Origin: Eledone cirrhosa
Lineage: Eukaryota
DNA length: 64,000 nt
NCBI GenBank assembly: GCA_964016885.1
Contig: OZ024745.1
Span: 119,970,001-120,034,000 of the forward strand
Direction of reading: 5' to 3'
The notes beneath the pieces were generated by a model that saw only the letters and a program-made list of their open reading frames with translations, searched no databases and was not told the origin of the DNA. Below are positions 39,655-52,652 of this stretch, piece by piece. Made by a program: the position numbers and the translations under genes. Each line of letters begins with the position of its first letter. Position 1 is the stretch's first letter.

Positions 39655-40404
39655 GATAGACGGATTGATATCCACACACACATACACACAGATAGATACA
39701 CTGACATAGACACACACACACATATACAGACACACATACACACACAGACACACACAGACACACACACGCGCGCAGACACAGACAGACACACACACGCGCG
39801 CAGACACAGACACAGAGACACACACACACACACATAGATACACTGACATAGACACACATACACACACAGACACACACGCGCGCAGACACAGACACACACA
39901 CACACGCACACACATAGATACACTGACATAGACACACACACAGACACACACACACATACACACACAGTCACACGCAGACACAGACACACAGACACTCACA
40001 CAGAGAAACACACACACAGGCACAGATACACACACACAGACACACACATACACATTCACACACACACACACACACTTACAGGCACACATACACACACAGA
40101 CACACACATGCGCACACAGACACACACAGACACACACACGCAGACTGTGACACAGACACACACACACACACGCAGACACATACACACACATGCACATATA
40201 GGCACACACGTACACACATACACATTCACACACACACATACAGACATACACAGACACGCACATACATAGCCCCCCCCCCCCCCACACACACACACACGTA
40301 TATATAGACGGCTAAAAAATCACAATAACTTCAAATATACATTGACAAAAGGATATGAATCACTTCAATCTCTTTCTCTCTCTCTCACTCTCTCTCTCTC
40401 TGTC

Positions 40405-40445
<41 letters not shown>

Positions 40446-41115
40446 ATCTGTATTTGTATATGTGGTGTGTGTATGCCTAGAATGAGAAGGAAGTGAGTAA
40501 GTCACACACATATATATATATATACAGACATACACCACACACACTTAACACATACACACATATATATATATACAGACACACACACAAACACATACACATA
40601 TATATATATATATATATATACAGACACACGCAAACACATACACATATATATATATACAGACATACACACATACACACACACATATATATATATATATATA
40701 CAGACATACACACACACAAACACATACACATATTTTTCAAATATCTTACTTTTTTTGGGTCTCAATCTACCCACGCACACCCACACACACAGACATATAT
40801 ACATATACATATACATGCGTGTGTATGTGTGTATGTATGTCTGTGTGTATGTGGGTATGTGTGGGTGTATGTGCGTGTGTACGTGTGTATATGTGGGTAT
40901 GTGTGGGTATGTGTGAAAGCGTGCATGTGTTTGTGTGTATGTGAGTGTGTGTATGTGGGTATGTGTAGGTGTATTTGTGTGGATGTACATATGTTTGAGA
41001 GTGTGTATATATATATGTGGGTATGTGGGTGTGTGTATGTGTGTATGTGTGGGTGTATATGTGAAGGTGTGCATGTCTTTGTCTATATATATATATATGT
41101 GCGTATGTGTGTGTC
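39655..41115. repeat. Cryptic CA/GA/TA-rich simple-repeat block
   Basis: Seen directly, with internally duplicated ACACATAGATACACTGACATAGAC units. Confidence 0.9.
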
Positions 41116-41292
41116 GATTGAGACAGAATGAAAGGAAGATGTTTGAAAAATGTTGGACGAGTCATTCATTCGGATCGCAGTTAGATTCATTTGGTTTTTG
41201 ACGTTTTTCTTCATATTTTCTATAGTAATTTATTGGCCGCTGACAATTTCACTCTACCACCCCCTTCCTTCCGCAACGATTATGTTCCAACA

Positions 41293-43107
41293 ACAATAAT
41301 AATAATAATAATAATAATAATGCTTTCTTTATTAACCACAAGTGTTTACATAAAGTAGACATTAAGGACAGTACAGGACAATACAGGACGGTACAAATGG
41401 GCATTTCTGCGTGTGAAAACAAAAAAAAACAGAGGATGTATCAAAAAGAAAAAAAAAAGAAGAAACAACGATGAATTCCCCAATAGGGTGGAGACTTACA
41501 AGGGCTATCGTGGAGAAAGCCCATTAAAAAAAGCCACGGTGACCCTGACCACAATGGGCAAGTGCCCACTCCCAGTTTTCCACCTTCAATTTACAGGCAC
41601 ATACTCAGAGTAGGCCCATTCACACGAGCCATTCTTGCCTCTCTCACCCATCTTTCAACAAAATGCTCGGAAGAGAGCACTTCCCTCTCTACCCTGATTT
41701 TCCTTTTTAAATGAAATTTGAAAAGGTTAATCAGGGCATCACCGAAGAGGTAAGTGCTCGTCTTCAGCCCTTTCAAACGCGTCCACCATAGTATCTCTTT
41801 CGCCATGGACACCAGATAGATAAAAATTGCCTGCCCTTCCCGGCTAAAGGAAGATGGCGGGGCAATCCTCACGATGGACTCAACTGATAGCCGGATCCGT
41901 CCTACACGCCACAGCAGGTGTTCGACACAAACTCACAAGTCAGCAATGCTCGCACACTGGACGAGTGCGTGCAGGACGGTTTCGTCGCCCTGCGCACATC
42001 TCGGAATTACCCGGCTGACGGCACCTCCATGCCTGTAGAGTTTATCCCGAACTGGCAAGGCTCCTCAGTAGCACTGCCAGGCCAGGGATTTCTGGAAGTT
42101 GTCCATAGGCCCCGGCCCGAAAGTTCTTCCGAAGAGATTGGCTAGTTGATTTTCGTCGACGCCTAAAGTTTCCTCAAGTACGTCGTCGTTCTTCCCCTCC
42201 ACTAATCCTCTATAGAACGCCAAGGTGGAGTTTCCACCTATCACATTGCCCGATAGGACGAGGCCTGTGAGCGCCTGAAGACATTCCAGTCTCCATGTCT
42301 GCGTCTCTCCCACCAGATCTCTGACGACAAGCGCCAATCTCTTTGCTAACACCTTGGCCAAAATCTTAAAATCTTAAACTCTATTGTCATTTCTTGACAC
42401 CATGGCTCTTGCGACTGCCATCTCCTGTCCGTGACTAGCACTGTCTCTATGTTTCGGGCCACACCTGCGAAAGAAGTGGCCCCTTTTTCAGCGGCACCAC
42501 TATTGCTGCCGCTACTGCTGCTAGTGTTCTCGTTGTTGCTGCTGCTGCTGTTGCTACTGCTACAAACGGTGTTGTTGGTGTTGTTGCTGTTATCACCGTT
42601 GTAGTTGGTTGTGTCTTTGGTGCCATCGTTGTTGTTTTCAGTCCAATTTGTATTGTTGCTGTTGGTGTTGTCGTTGTTTATTTTCTTGTTAGTGGTGTTA
42701 ATATCGTTGTTGCATTTGTCGTCATTTTTTCTCTGTTGTCTGTATTTTGGTTGTCGCTGTTATTGTAGTAGTCGGTATGGTCATTTTTTTTAAATTAGTG
42801 TTCTCAGTGTTGTTATCTTTGTTCATGTTGTTTGTGGTGGTCTATGTTGTATTAATTTCTGTAACCCTCCTCTCAACTTTAACACCGTTGTCACACGACA
42901 AAAGACATATTGCCGGGGGCGTGGCTCAGCCTTGTTTTTTTTTGCAGATTTTTAAAAGTAAAATGTTCAAATATTATACTTTTCCCTTCGCAGGGCAAAG
43001 TCCAAGGACCTATATCCCTTACACAACAAGAACAATTAAACAACAAATAATTCTAGCAGGTAAATAAAGCGACTTACCAGGAGCGAGCAAAAAGACGTCC
43101 GAACAGA
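41293..43107 (-). mobile_element. Tx1-family relative, multiply deleted (5'UTR, ORF1 start, RT snippet, ORF2 3' end, 3'UTR, (ATT)n tail)
   Basis: Minus strand carries ORF1-start-like GCTGAGCCACGCCCC (about 42915-42931). ORF 42065-42361 fuses AKVLAKRLALVV to LECLQALT. ORF 41591-41872 is the ORF2 C-terminus. (AAT)n on the plus strand at 41295-41321. Confidence 0.88.
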
Positions 43108-43334
43108 CCTTGTTGTCTCTTGAGGTCACTGGTTGTGACTTGGTGATAACTCGTATGAACATAAAGCAAAATAAATGCAACTGTAATAATAATAATAATA
43201 ATAATAATAATGATACTGGGAACAGCAAGAACCCTCCGATACGCCCTGAATATCTGAGGCTGCATGTAGTGGCTTGATATTCATTTCAACAAACTTTCCA
43301 GTTAACCAACATCAATGACTGAGACTCAAAGAAC

Positions 43335-43424
43335 AATAATAATAATTATAATAATAATAATGGTTTCTTATATAGGCACAAGGCCAGTAATTTGGGGGAG
43401 GTGAAGTCGATTAAATCGACCCCA
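43335..43424 (-). mobile_element. SINE family A long-variant 3' fragment with (ATT)n tail
   Basis: Minus strand reads GGGGTCGATTTAATCGAC...GGCCTTGTGCCTATATAAGAAACC(ATT)n. Confidence 0.85.
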
Positions 43425-43425
43425 T

Positions 43426-44094
43426 GTTTTCTTTATTAACCACAAGGGTTCACATAAAGTATAACATTAAGGACAGCACAGGACAATACAGGAAGTTACA
43501 AATGGGCATTACTGCATGTAAAGAAAAATAAACAAAGCAAATGACAAAAAAAAGAAACAGGAATTTCCCCAATACTTCCGAGGGACACCCGTGGAGAAAG
43601 CCCATTAAAAAGCCACTGTGACCCTGACCACCAGGGCAAGTGCCCTCTCCCAGTTTTCCACCTTCAATTTATAGGCGCATACTATCCTCTCTCACCCATC
43701 TTTCAACAAATTGCTGGGAAGAGAGCACTTCCCTCTCCACCCTGATTTTCCTTTTCAAATTAAAATCGGTTTTACCGAAGAGGTAAGTGCTCATCTTCAG
43801 CTCTTTCAAACGCGTCCACCACACGATTTCTTTTGCCATGCCCACCAGGCAGATAAAAACTACCTGCCCTTCCTGGCTAATGACGGCGGGGCAATCCTCA
43901 TGATAGACTCACCTGATAGCCGGATCCGTCCTACGTGTGACAGCAAGTGTTTGACATAAACCCACAAGTCAGCAATGCTCGGACACTGGACGAGTGCGTG
44001 CAAGACTGTTTCGTCGCCCTGCGCGCATCTCGGACAGGCCCGGCTGATGGCACTTCCGTGCCCGTAGAGTTTATCCTGAACTGGCAAATCTCCT
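43426..44094 (-). mobile_element. Tx1-family 5'-truncated copy
   Basis: ORF 43860-44141 contains LPVQDKLYGHG..CPRCAQGDETVLHALVQCP. The 3'UTR matches 41325-41590. (ATT)n lies at the 5' junction (44095-44108). Confidence 0.88.
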
Positions 44095-45173
44095 AATAAT
44101 AATAATAAAATATTTACGGTAGCAGCGTAAAAAGTTGACATATTCTCATTTGATAGTTAATTGTTCCATATTCGTATAAATCTTTCGATAAATTATCAAT
44201 GTCATTGATATAAATCTATCATTCAGAAGGCAATTCTCCCATATTCTTAGTAGCAGATAATTTCAATCTGATACAAATTGTTAATCTGTGCTGTAATCCT
44301 TTCCTTGTAACACAAGAAATTCAATTGTCTTAGTTGATATCTCAATGACATGTCTTAGTGGAGATAAGGCCGATATCAAACATGAAAATGACCACCTTAT
44401 TATAAATTAATCTGTTTTAGATAACAGTATTCAGTATCTCCGTGGCATAATTATAGCAGAGATATTATCGTATTACATAGCGTTTACCACCGAGTGCAAA
44501 ATATCTATCCCATTTCAACATTGTCACATTATTCAATAATCACCACGAGAGAAAAACTATGAACGCACCTTTGCTCGAGATATATGGAAATTGGATATCA
44601 GGATATCAGGATGTCAGGATATCAAGATATCCGGCTAAGCTGTACTATATATCGTAAACCTTCAAATCTGAAAGAGAATCAAGATGTCAAGTATGTAATC
44701 ATGTGTTATAAACATCGATTTGAATGTAAATAATTAATCTCAATACTATAACATTAAGCCATTCACTGCTGTTTCATACTCAAAATGCAGGCATGTATTG
44801 TAAGATAGGCTTAGTTAAACCAAACACATTAAGGGATCATTTCTAACGTCTTAATTACTCGCTGTTCATCGATCTAATGCACTGTTCATTGATAGTTTCG
44901 TGTAATCTATTTATACGTGTATATAAACAAACACACAGACACACACATACACGCGCGCACACGCACGCACAGTCACATATACAAAGACATACACACATAC
45001 AAACACAAACAAACACACGAACACACGTGCACACACAAATATATATATATATATATGTGTGTATACATGTATGTGCGTGCGTTTGTGTATTAGTGTGCAT
45101 TTGTTTGTGTGTGTATGTATGTGTATGTGTGTGTATATGTATGCATGCATGTGGTTGTGTGTGTATGTATGTA

Positions 45174-45219
<46 letters not shown>

Positions 45220-45464
45220 GTGGTAACACAACAGTTAGTTCACCATACCGAGAACAATTATTTTGACCAGTACGAGCTGAAGATCCGCTAAGGTGAAATA
45301 ATTGTTTCTACTTTCGGCACAAGACCAGCAAATACCCAGTGCATTACTGGTACTTTGAAATAATAGTTCTTGGTATGGTGAACTAACTGTTGTGTAACCA
45401 CTTCTACCTAACTCGTCCCATGGACTGAGTGCTCTACCACTACGGATATTACCTTCCAGTGTTC

Positions 45465-45570
<106 letters not shown>

Positions 45571-45610
45571 TTTTGCGAGGTTTTTTATATGAAATCGTGT
45601 GTCGAAACAA

Positions 45611-46125
45611 ATATTGTTATACTTGGGGAGGGTCATATTTGTGTAATATTGCCAGAATTAATAACAGAACGCACTCACTGTTTGGTTGGTTTTCGCTTTT
45701 CGCTTCTGTGTCTTTTATATCGGTAATCTAATATAATATAATATACTCGGTCCTCAATGTTGCCATTGACTGACCGACGGTCAAAAATAATACGGTTACA
45801 ATATAGACACAAACACATATATATAGTTTATCATAAATCTTACATGTATAAATCATACAATTCAACAGGAGGAAACAATAGCACCACTGACGATGTTGCA
45901 GATGTGCAACGAAAGATTTATGATAAACTATATATATGTGTCTGTGTCTATATTGTAACCGTATTATTTTTGACCGTCGGTCAGTCAATGGCAACATTGA
46001 GGACCGAATAAATTAGATTACCGATATAAAAGACACAGAAGCGAAAAGCGAAAACCAACCAAACAGTGAGTGTGTTCTGTTATTAATTCTGGCAATATTA
46101 CACAAATATGACCCTCCCCAAGTAT

Positions 46126-46132
<7 letters not shown>
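45611..46132. repeat. Long palindrome (arms about 225 bp) of a dispersed repeat also found at 29-135 and 14805-15085
   Basis: 45611-45841 is the reverse complement of 45912-46132. Confidence 0.92.
45882..45925 (+). ncRNA. Minimal hammerhead ribozyme motif (slightly degenerate)
   Basis: CTGACGA-T-GTTGCA/GATG/TGCAAC-GAAA-GATT-TA. Stem I is weak. Confidence 0.6.
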
Positions 46133-46171
<39 letters not shown>

Positions 46172-46366
46172 AAGAATTCATATCTAGTAACATATATATA
46201 CATACAGATGCATATCAATGCTAGCAAATATATAGGTTTTGTCTTAATAACAGTGTGGTTCAATGCATGGGGTTGCAGAACAATAATATAAGAGACGTAA
46301 AATAAGAAAATTATAAAATTAACTTACTTACTAAAATATCACTTCCAACTAATTTATTTTACGTCT

Positions 46367-46453
<87 letters not shown>

Positions 46454-46504
46454 CAAGCTGTCGAAACGGCCGGAGGTAAGCCGTCGGGGTCCTGACTCTG
46501 TTCC

Positions 46505-46547
<43 letters not shown>

Positions 46548-46551
46548 TATC

Positions 46552-47160
46552 AAAGGTATATATATTGAGTTAGAAACTCAAAACTTACGATTTGAACACA
46601 TATATGTATATATATCTGTGTTCGTTTTTCTTTAATATTCTATTATAATATACGGCTCGGAAATATCTCTTTCTTAGAGCTATTTTGTTGTAAGAGACTA
46701 TTTTGAGTTCCTAACTCAATATATACCTTTTATATATTCGGCTCCGTTAATTTGTTGAGCTATTTCAAATGTCGAATAAAACTGGCTGCTATTTTTAGTG
46801 GCGTAGGTTTGTGAGACGCCCTAGGATGCCGTGTGCGTTATTATATATAGCACACTATTCAGTGACTTAATATACTTAGAAGTGTCTAGGTTATTAATTC
46901 ATCACCCACTGATGAGCTTGAATTGGTAATTCTATTCACAATTAACATTGCGAAACAACACCAAGTTGTCTGGGTGATTGGTAGTTACCACAATTCCGGT
47001 TTGTATTTATTTTCTTGATCTTTTCTTAAATTGAGACAAACAAACCCAATTGTCTATAGTTAGTATTCTTTTCACCTTAGCGAATCTGGTCCCTTACGAT
47101 TTGAACACATATATGTATAGATTTGTGTTCGTTTTTCTTTTATATTCTATTATAATATAT
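46552..47160 (+). mobile_element. Penelope-like pLTR / retrozyme-like unit
   Basis: Direct repeat 46584-46652 = 47093-47160, inverted segment 46552-46583 vs 46701-46730, and an internal hammerhead. Confidence 0.65.
46901..46978 (+). ncRNA. Type I hammerhead ribozyme
   Basis: Stem I ATCACCCA/TGGGTGAT, core CTGATGA, stem II closed by GC/GC, GAAA, stem III ACAAC/GTTGT, and cleavage triplet GTC ending at 46970. Confidence 0.85.
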
Positions 47161-47169
47161 ATATATATA

Positions 47170-47300
47170 TATGGGTCTGTTGAAAAGTCCATAGGCTGAC
47201 TATGAAGGACTGATGTTGTCGTTGTGATCTCTTCCATGCACTAAGTTCACCTACCTTTTCTTATCAATAAATGCATTGCTTCTTTCTAGAACTATGTTAA
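47170..47300 (+). mobile_element. Possible Tc1/mariner terminal remnant
   Basis: TA followed by TGGGTCTGTTGAAAAGT, resembling mariner TIR starts. No partner TIR or transposase seen. Another TIR-like end (TACACCCTGTA) lies at about 35297-35306. Confidence 0.3.
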
Positions 47301-47791
47301 AAAATATACCTCCTTTCAGCTGAGCGTCGTATGTGTATAGGAACAAGAATTGTACGTGAATGGGAATCTGTGTGTATGGGCGTCTATGTATGTTTGCATG
47401 TATATGTGTTATGGTTCAGTAAGTAGCCGGTTCGATAATTATATTTTGTTTATCTTGAATTAATGTATTTGTTTATTTCTCATTTATACAGACGAAAAAG
47501 CAATAAGTTTTCGCCTGTTTCCAAAGTCAAGTCCAGCAGTTGCATGAGCGGGAGAGATCGTCCTGACGAGACCCAGTCGAGTTCCAAATGTATCAAAGAT
47601 TCTCCCCCTTACCTGTGCGGGACACCGCCTTGTGGCGTTAATTATCAGTGAGTTATACGTGGCTATGGCTTTCTAAATGTTTATTTATAAACATACCGTA
47701 TTTCTTTAGAAATACGAAATTCAAATACATATTTGTATACAGGTATGTTCGAAGCTAAATTCTAATTCTCTTCTCTCTCTCTCTCTCTCTC

Positions 47792-47840
<49 letters not shown>

Positions 47841-48007
47841 ATATATATCTATATAACAAAGAGGGTCTGGTAAGATACCAGGTGGACCATTACGTACCAG
47901 AGTACTCAATATTTAGGGTAGTGGAGTGGGTAATAAGAAAAGAGTCAGGACCCCAACGGCTGAGCTCCGGCCGTTTCGACAGCTAGATGCGAACCCTGAC
48001 TCATTTC

Positions 48008-48040
<33 letters not shown>

Positions 48041-48999
48041 GGTGTGTGTGTATATATTAATGTACACATGCCGATGGTAGGGATCAATTCCTTTTTAAAT
48101 TCCTTGATTTTATTGAATTACTTGTAAATTGTGAATGAGTAGATATATTTCTAATTTGGGAACTCTCCTGCCACTCCTCACCAAACCACCAGCAATATCG
48201 TTTTTACCATTGAACGGCATTCTTACAACTACAGTTGCTATAAACTGCAAATGTGTTTTGCAGTTATGCTTACCTAAAGCATCTTCGTCATGAATGAAGT
48301 TCAATCTATGCTATGCATCATTAACATTTAAATTGTTTATGCTGCAGCACAATATGCACTGTTTCAACTCAATTAATCTTTGTATTCTAACATCAACATC
48401 AGCAATACTCTCCACATGATGCTCATTGATGTGGATGACATGTTTAGAAATTGGTGCCGTTTCAGGAAAACATATTACCTGCCAGCATGTACCATGACGG
48501 ACGAACGTGTGTTGAATATTATGCAGTACACTGGTGCTAGCCTCATTTATGTTATTCGTCTTCCCTATGAAATCCTGAATAAATTGCTGCACAAACTGGT
48601 GGGATGGCGTCAAAGGATCACACGCTCTATTTAACAAACATATAATGGCAAACACAATTCGCACAGTTGGGGAGGCATTATATATCGCATCTATTTGGCA
48701 TCTATTTCTCATCATTGTTTAGGATATTTCTATTTCTGACTAAGGCTATTTAAATGCTGCAAATGATTTTTAAATCTGGAAGCTCTTTTTACATTCAATA
48801 ATTGCATTAAAAAGGGGGATTCTACTTGTTTTATATGCTGCATACATTATGGAGATTATTTTACTGCTTTCAGTTATTCACGCATGATAAGGAATATCTA
48901 AGTTGAGATAATGTTTGACATCTTCCTCACTTTCATATAGTGTAGCCCATACCACAAATAGTCAACTTCTGTTTCGAACATTTTACAATATTTGTCTTT

Positions 49000-49815
49000 C
49001 AGAACTTTCTTGAATATAAAATGAACAAATATAGATGTACCAAGATCAAACACGTTTTGAAACATGAACGCATCAAAAGATCATACTCCATTACAAAAGA
49101 TGCACAAAGATACAGTAACGAACTACAAATTTCAGAAGTCACATTTACTGCTGAAGTGAAAATCACTGAAAAAGCAAAGCAGGTAAAAGTAACTGCAAAG
49201 ATAGAACTGCTACAGCAATTGGCTAAGAAATGGCAAGAAAAGCCTCTGTATGGAAAATACCCAGAAAGAGCTAACAATCCTGATGTTGACAAAACTTTAA
49301 CACATCAGTGGTTGGCATCCTCTGGATTGAAATCAGAGACTGAAGGACTGATTATATCAGCAAAAGATCAGTGTCTGCCAACAAAAAATTATCGAGCCAA
49401 CATAATAAAAAATGGGTGCAACCCAATATGCCGTGTATGTAAAAACCAACCAGGGACCATTGATCATATAATTTCAATATGCAGTCCTATAGGTCCAATC
49501 GAATACATAAACAGACACGACAGAGTTGCACAATACATACATTGGATAATGTGTAAGCATTTTGACCTGCCTCATCAACAGAATTGGTGGGAGCATCAAC
49601 CACCTCCGGTACTTGAAAACGATCACATCTCAATCTTGTGGAACTTTAGCATCCAAACAGACCGAAAAATAGATGCAAATAGACCTGATATAATACTGAA
49701 GGACTAAAACAATACCAGTGGTTGTAGGCGCTCTAGAAATGATACCTAAGGGGTATAACGATTACTTATCGCAAATCCCAAGAAACCCGCGTACAGAAGA
49801 AATACAAAAGGAGAT
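49000..49815 (+). mobile_element. R4/Dong-clade LINE 3' fragment
   Basis: WQEKPLYGKY..SETEGLI..CRVC..TIDHIISIC..RHDRVA..ANRPDII. Confidence 0.88.
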
Positions 49816-50954
49816 AATGATTGCTAGTAATAGATGTGTTATGGGATACGGACAAAAAAAAGAGTTAAAAAATGTTGATATTCTTTAAAAGACAGAAGTA
49901 AAAATTAAATTTGAACTCAGATTGCAGCTAGCTAAAACGAATACTACAGAGTATTGGATCCGAATCTCTGATGACTCTGACAAATCTCCACATTGTCATT
50001 GTTTATGTTATTTTTGTTCTTATAACCGTGATATACGTCCATGCGATGTCAAATTTATCAGATTCACAGGGAAAAGAAAGATTGCTATCTGAGAAACTTT
50101 AGTGAAGTGGGGTTGCAGTAGAGTTGCTGCTAAGCTTGTTAGATTATTTTCCCAATCCAATGATATTCACCAGGTTTGGCTACTGATGAAATATCAAATT
50201 ACATTAGAACAGCGACCATTCGATAAAAAGAACATTGAAATATATAAAGATAATTTTTATCTCCTGGCTGCTCCCCAGACGGTGACATGAGGAATTTGAT
50301 CCGCTGATAGTCTGATATACTTATTGACTCATAAGCAGTGGTTCTACTGAAAGGAATAATATATTTATATAGAATCTACTTTAATCATTTTTTCATTACG
50401 ATAATCCTTAACTTCTTCATTCATTCATTCTAGCCAAGCATGGAGATAGTAATATATTTACATTTAATTGCTAGTCAGACAAACTTTTCAGACAATGGAA
50501 AAAGTATTTGATTCGTTGATCTTGAAAAGCTGTCAATACGATTATCAATTACAGCCAACATGTGCCAACTCGTGGGAGATTCTGTTTTGTAAAAATAAAG
50601 AAAACTAAAATAGTAATCAAAAACGTGATTCTGATTAATGAATTATCCATCAATTTATATGGTAATGCATACTGTATATGCAAATTATTAAAGGAATGCA
50701 AATGTACGTAGAGGTGCATTTGTGTGCCAAGTTTACGTAACTATTCAATCGTATCCTTATTATTCACATACCATTGACATTTTGAGAATAGAATATGGAA
50801 TGAGAAAATAAAATTAATGATTCTAAGAAATGATAGTGCTACATTGGTGTGATTTACCATCCACTAGCTAACAATGCATTAGTTCAAGATTTCGACTCCA
50901 CGTAGTTTATTATGTTTATGTTTTATGTAATCTATTCACACACGCACAGACATG

Positions 50955-51054
<100 letters not shown>

Positions 51055-51150
51055 CGTATATATAAATATATGGAGTGGAAGACCGGACATGACTTCAATC
51101 GAATATACTTGCTGTTAAATACACACACACACATATATATATTCATATAA

Positions 51151-51184
<34 letters not shown>

Positions 51185-51529
51185 GGCAGGGCCTAATGGG
51201 TTCCCTTGCAGTATGTACAATCTGAACACACTCACACACATCTTGGTATTATGACAATACTATACATCATTTCACCTCCTTTATTATTGAACATTCACGT
51301 GACTTCTACCGACCACTCAAAATTATAATGCTTATTCACGTGACATTCAACAACCAACCAAATCACGAACGCTCTATCTCAAAATGATTTTTGAAAAGCA
51401 TTTGAAATGCGCAACCGATAAAAAACTTAAAACTAACACTGAATACTAACCATTACTTATTTTATACTTATTCCTAATAAAATTATTTTTCACTGGAAAA
51501 AATTTGTCAGCATTTTCTTTTCCTTTTTA

Positions 51530-51597
<68 letters not shown>

Positions 51598-51639
51598 TAG
51601 TTTCCATTTATAAATATAGTTTCCATTTATTAATATCAT

Positions 51640-51681
<42 letters not shown>

Positions 51682-51864
51682 ATGATATTAATAAATGGAA
51701 ACTATATTTATAAAACCATATTTATTCTATTATATATATTTCAATGGTACCAAAACTTTGGTACGCACTCATCAGATAAAATACAAAGTTTGTTTTATAA
51801 ATATTGACATATCCAGAAACGAGATCTTAACGGTTCAAGTCTTTCAAATTAAATATCACTTTTG

Positions 51865-51917
<53 letters not shown>

Positions 51918-52117
51918 ATTTATTCAGGTTTGAGGGTCACCACTGGATAGAGCTGGTCAATTCCGTATGGTCAATCTTAATGTAATAATATGGAGAGTAC
52001 TCAACGTAAAGCAGTTCAACCGTCTTTGTCTTTGTAGTTGGTGGTGCTAGTACGGAGTTAAATATTATAATGAAATGACAGGAGGCTGGATTTTTGTAAA
52101 TCCTTGAAAGGTTTATT

Positions 52118-52175
52118 ATACTATGATCATTTCAATGACCGGGTTCCGTATGAATCCGGTGATATCATCAGGTAT
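52118..52175 (-). ncRNA. Minimal hammerhead ribozyme motif with palindromic stem III
   Basis: Minus strand reads ATAC-CTGATGA-..ACCGG../..CCGGT..-GAAA-TGATCA-TA-GTAT. Confidence 0.6.
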
Positions 52176-52467
52176 TCGAAATAGAATAAGTGAATGTAAT
52201 AGATAAAATCCATGGGGCTGAAAATCAAAGACCTGAGGACGACCGCCATCCAGCATCTTCCACCTTTGCCGGTCGCCCTCAAGTGACGTGGCTAAAGCTT
52301 ACAGTGTGCTACTACCGGTCAAATAAAAGAAAACAGCGTTAATATCATGCCACAAGAAAAAAGAAAGAAAGAAAGAAGAGAGAAGAAGGGGGAAGGAAGA
52401 AAAGGAAGAAGAAGAGAAGTCAGGGTTAATGTCAGCTACAAGAAGAAAGACAGAAAGAAAGAGGTAT

Positions 52468-52652
52468 TAATTGTTTCTACTTTTGGCACAAGGCCAGTAA
52501 TTACCCAGTGCATTACTGGTACTTTATTTTATCGACCCCGTAAGGATGAAAGGCAAAGTTAACCTCGGCGGGATTTGAACTCAGAATGGCAAGGGCCGTA
52601 ACTATGCGTCAAAGCATGGCGTCCGACTCTCTACCGATACTGCCAATCCCCC
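52468..52652 (-). mobile_element. SINE family A
   Basis: Full reverse-complement match. Confidence 0.9.

Noticed and set aside
47550-47610. CTGACGA-GAC CCA GTC-GA hammerhead-like start
   Set aside because: GAAA and stem III are absent.
48110-48715. Moderately complex ORFs on both strands, possibly a host exon
   Set aside because: No recognisable domain or convincing splice context. A BLASTX or RNA-seq check would be needed.
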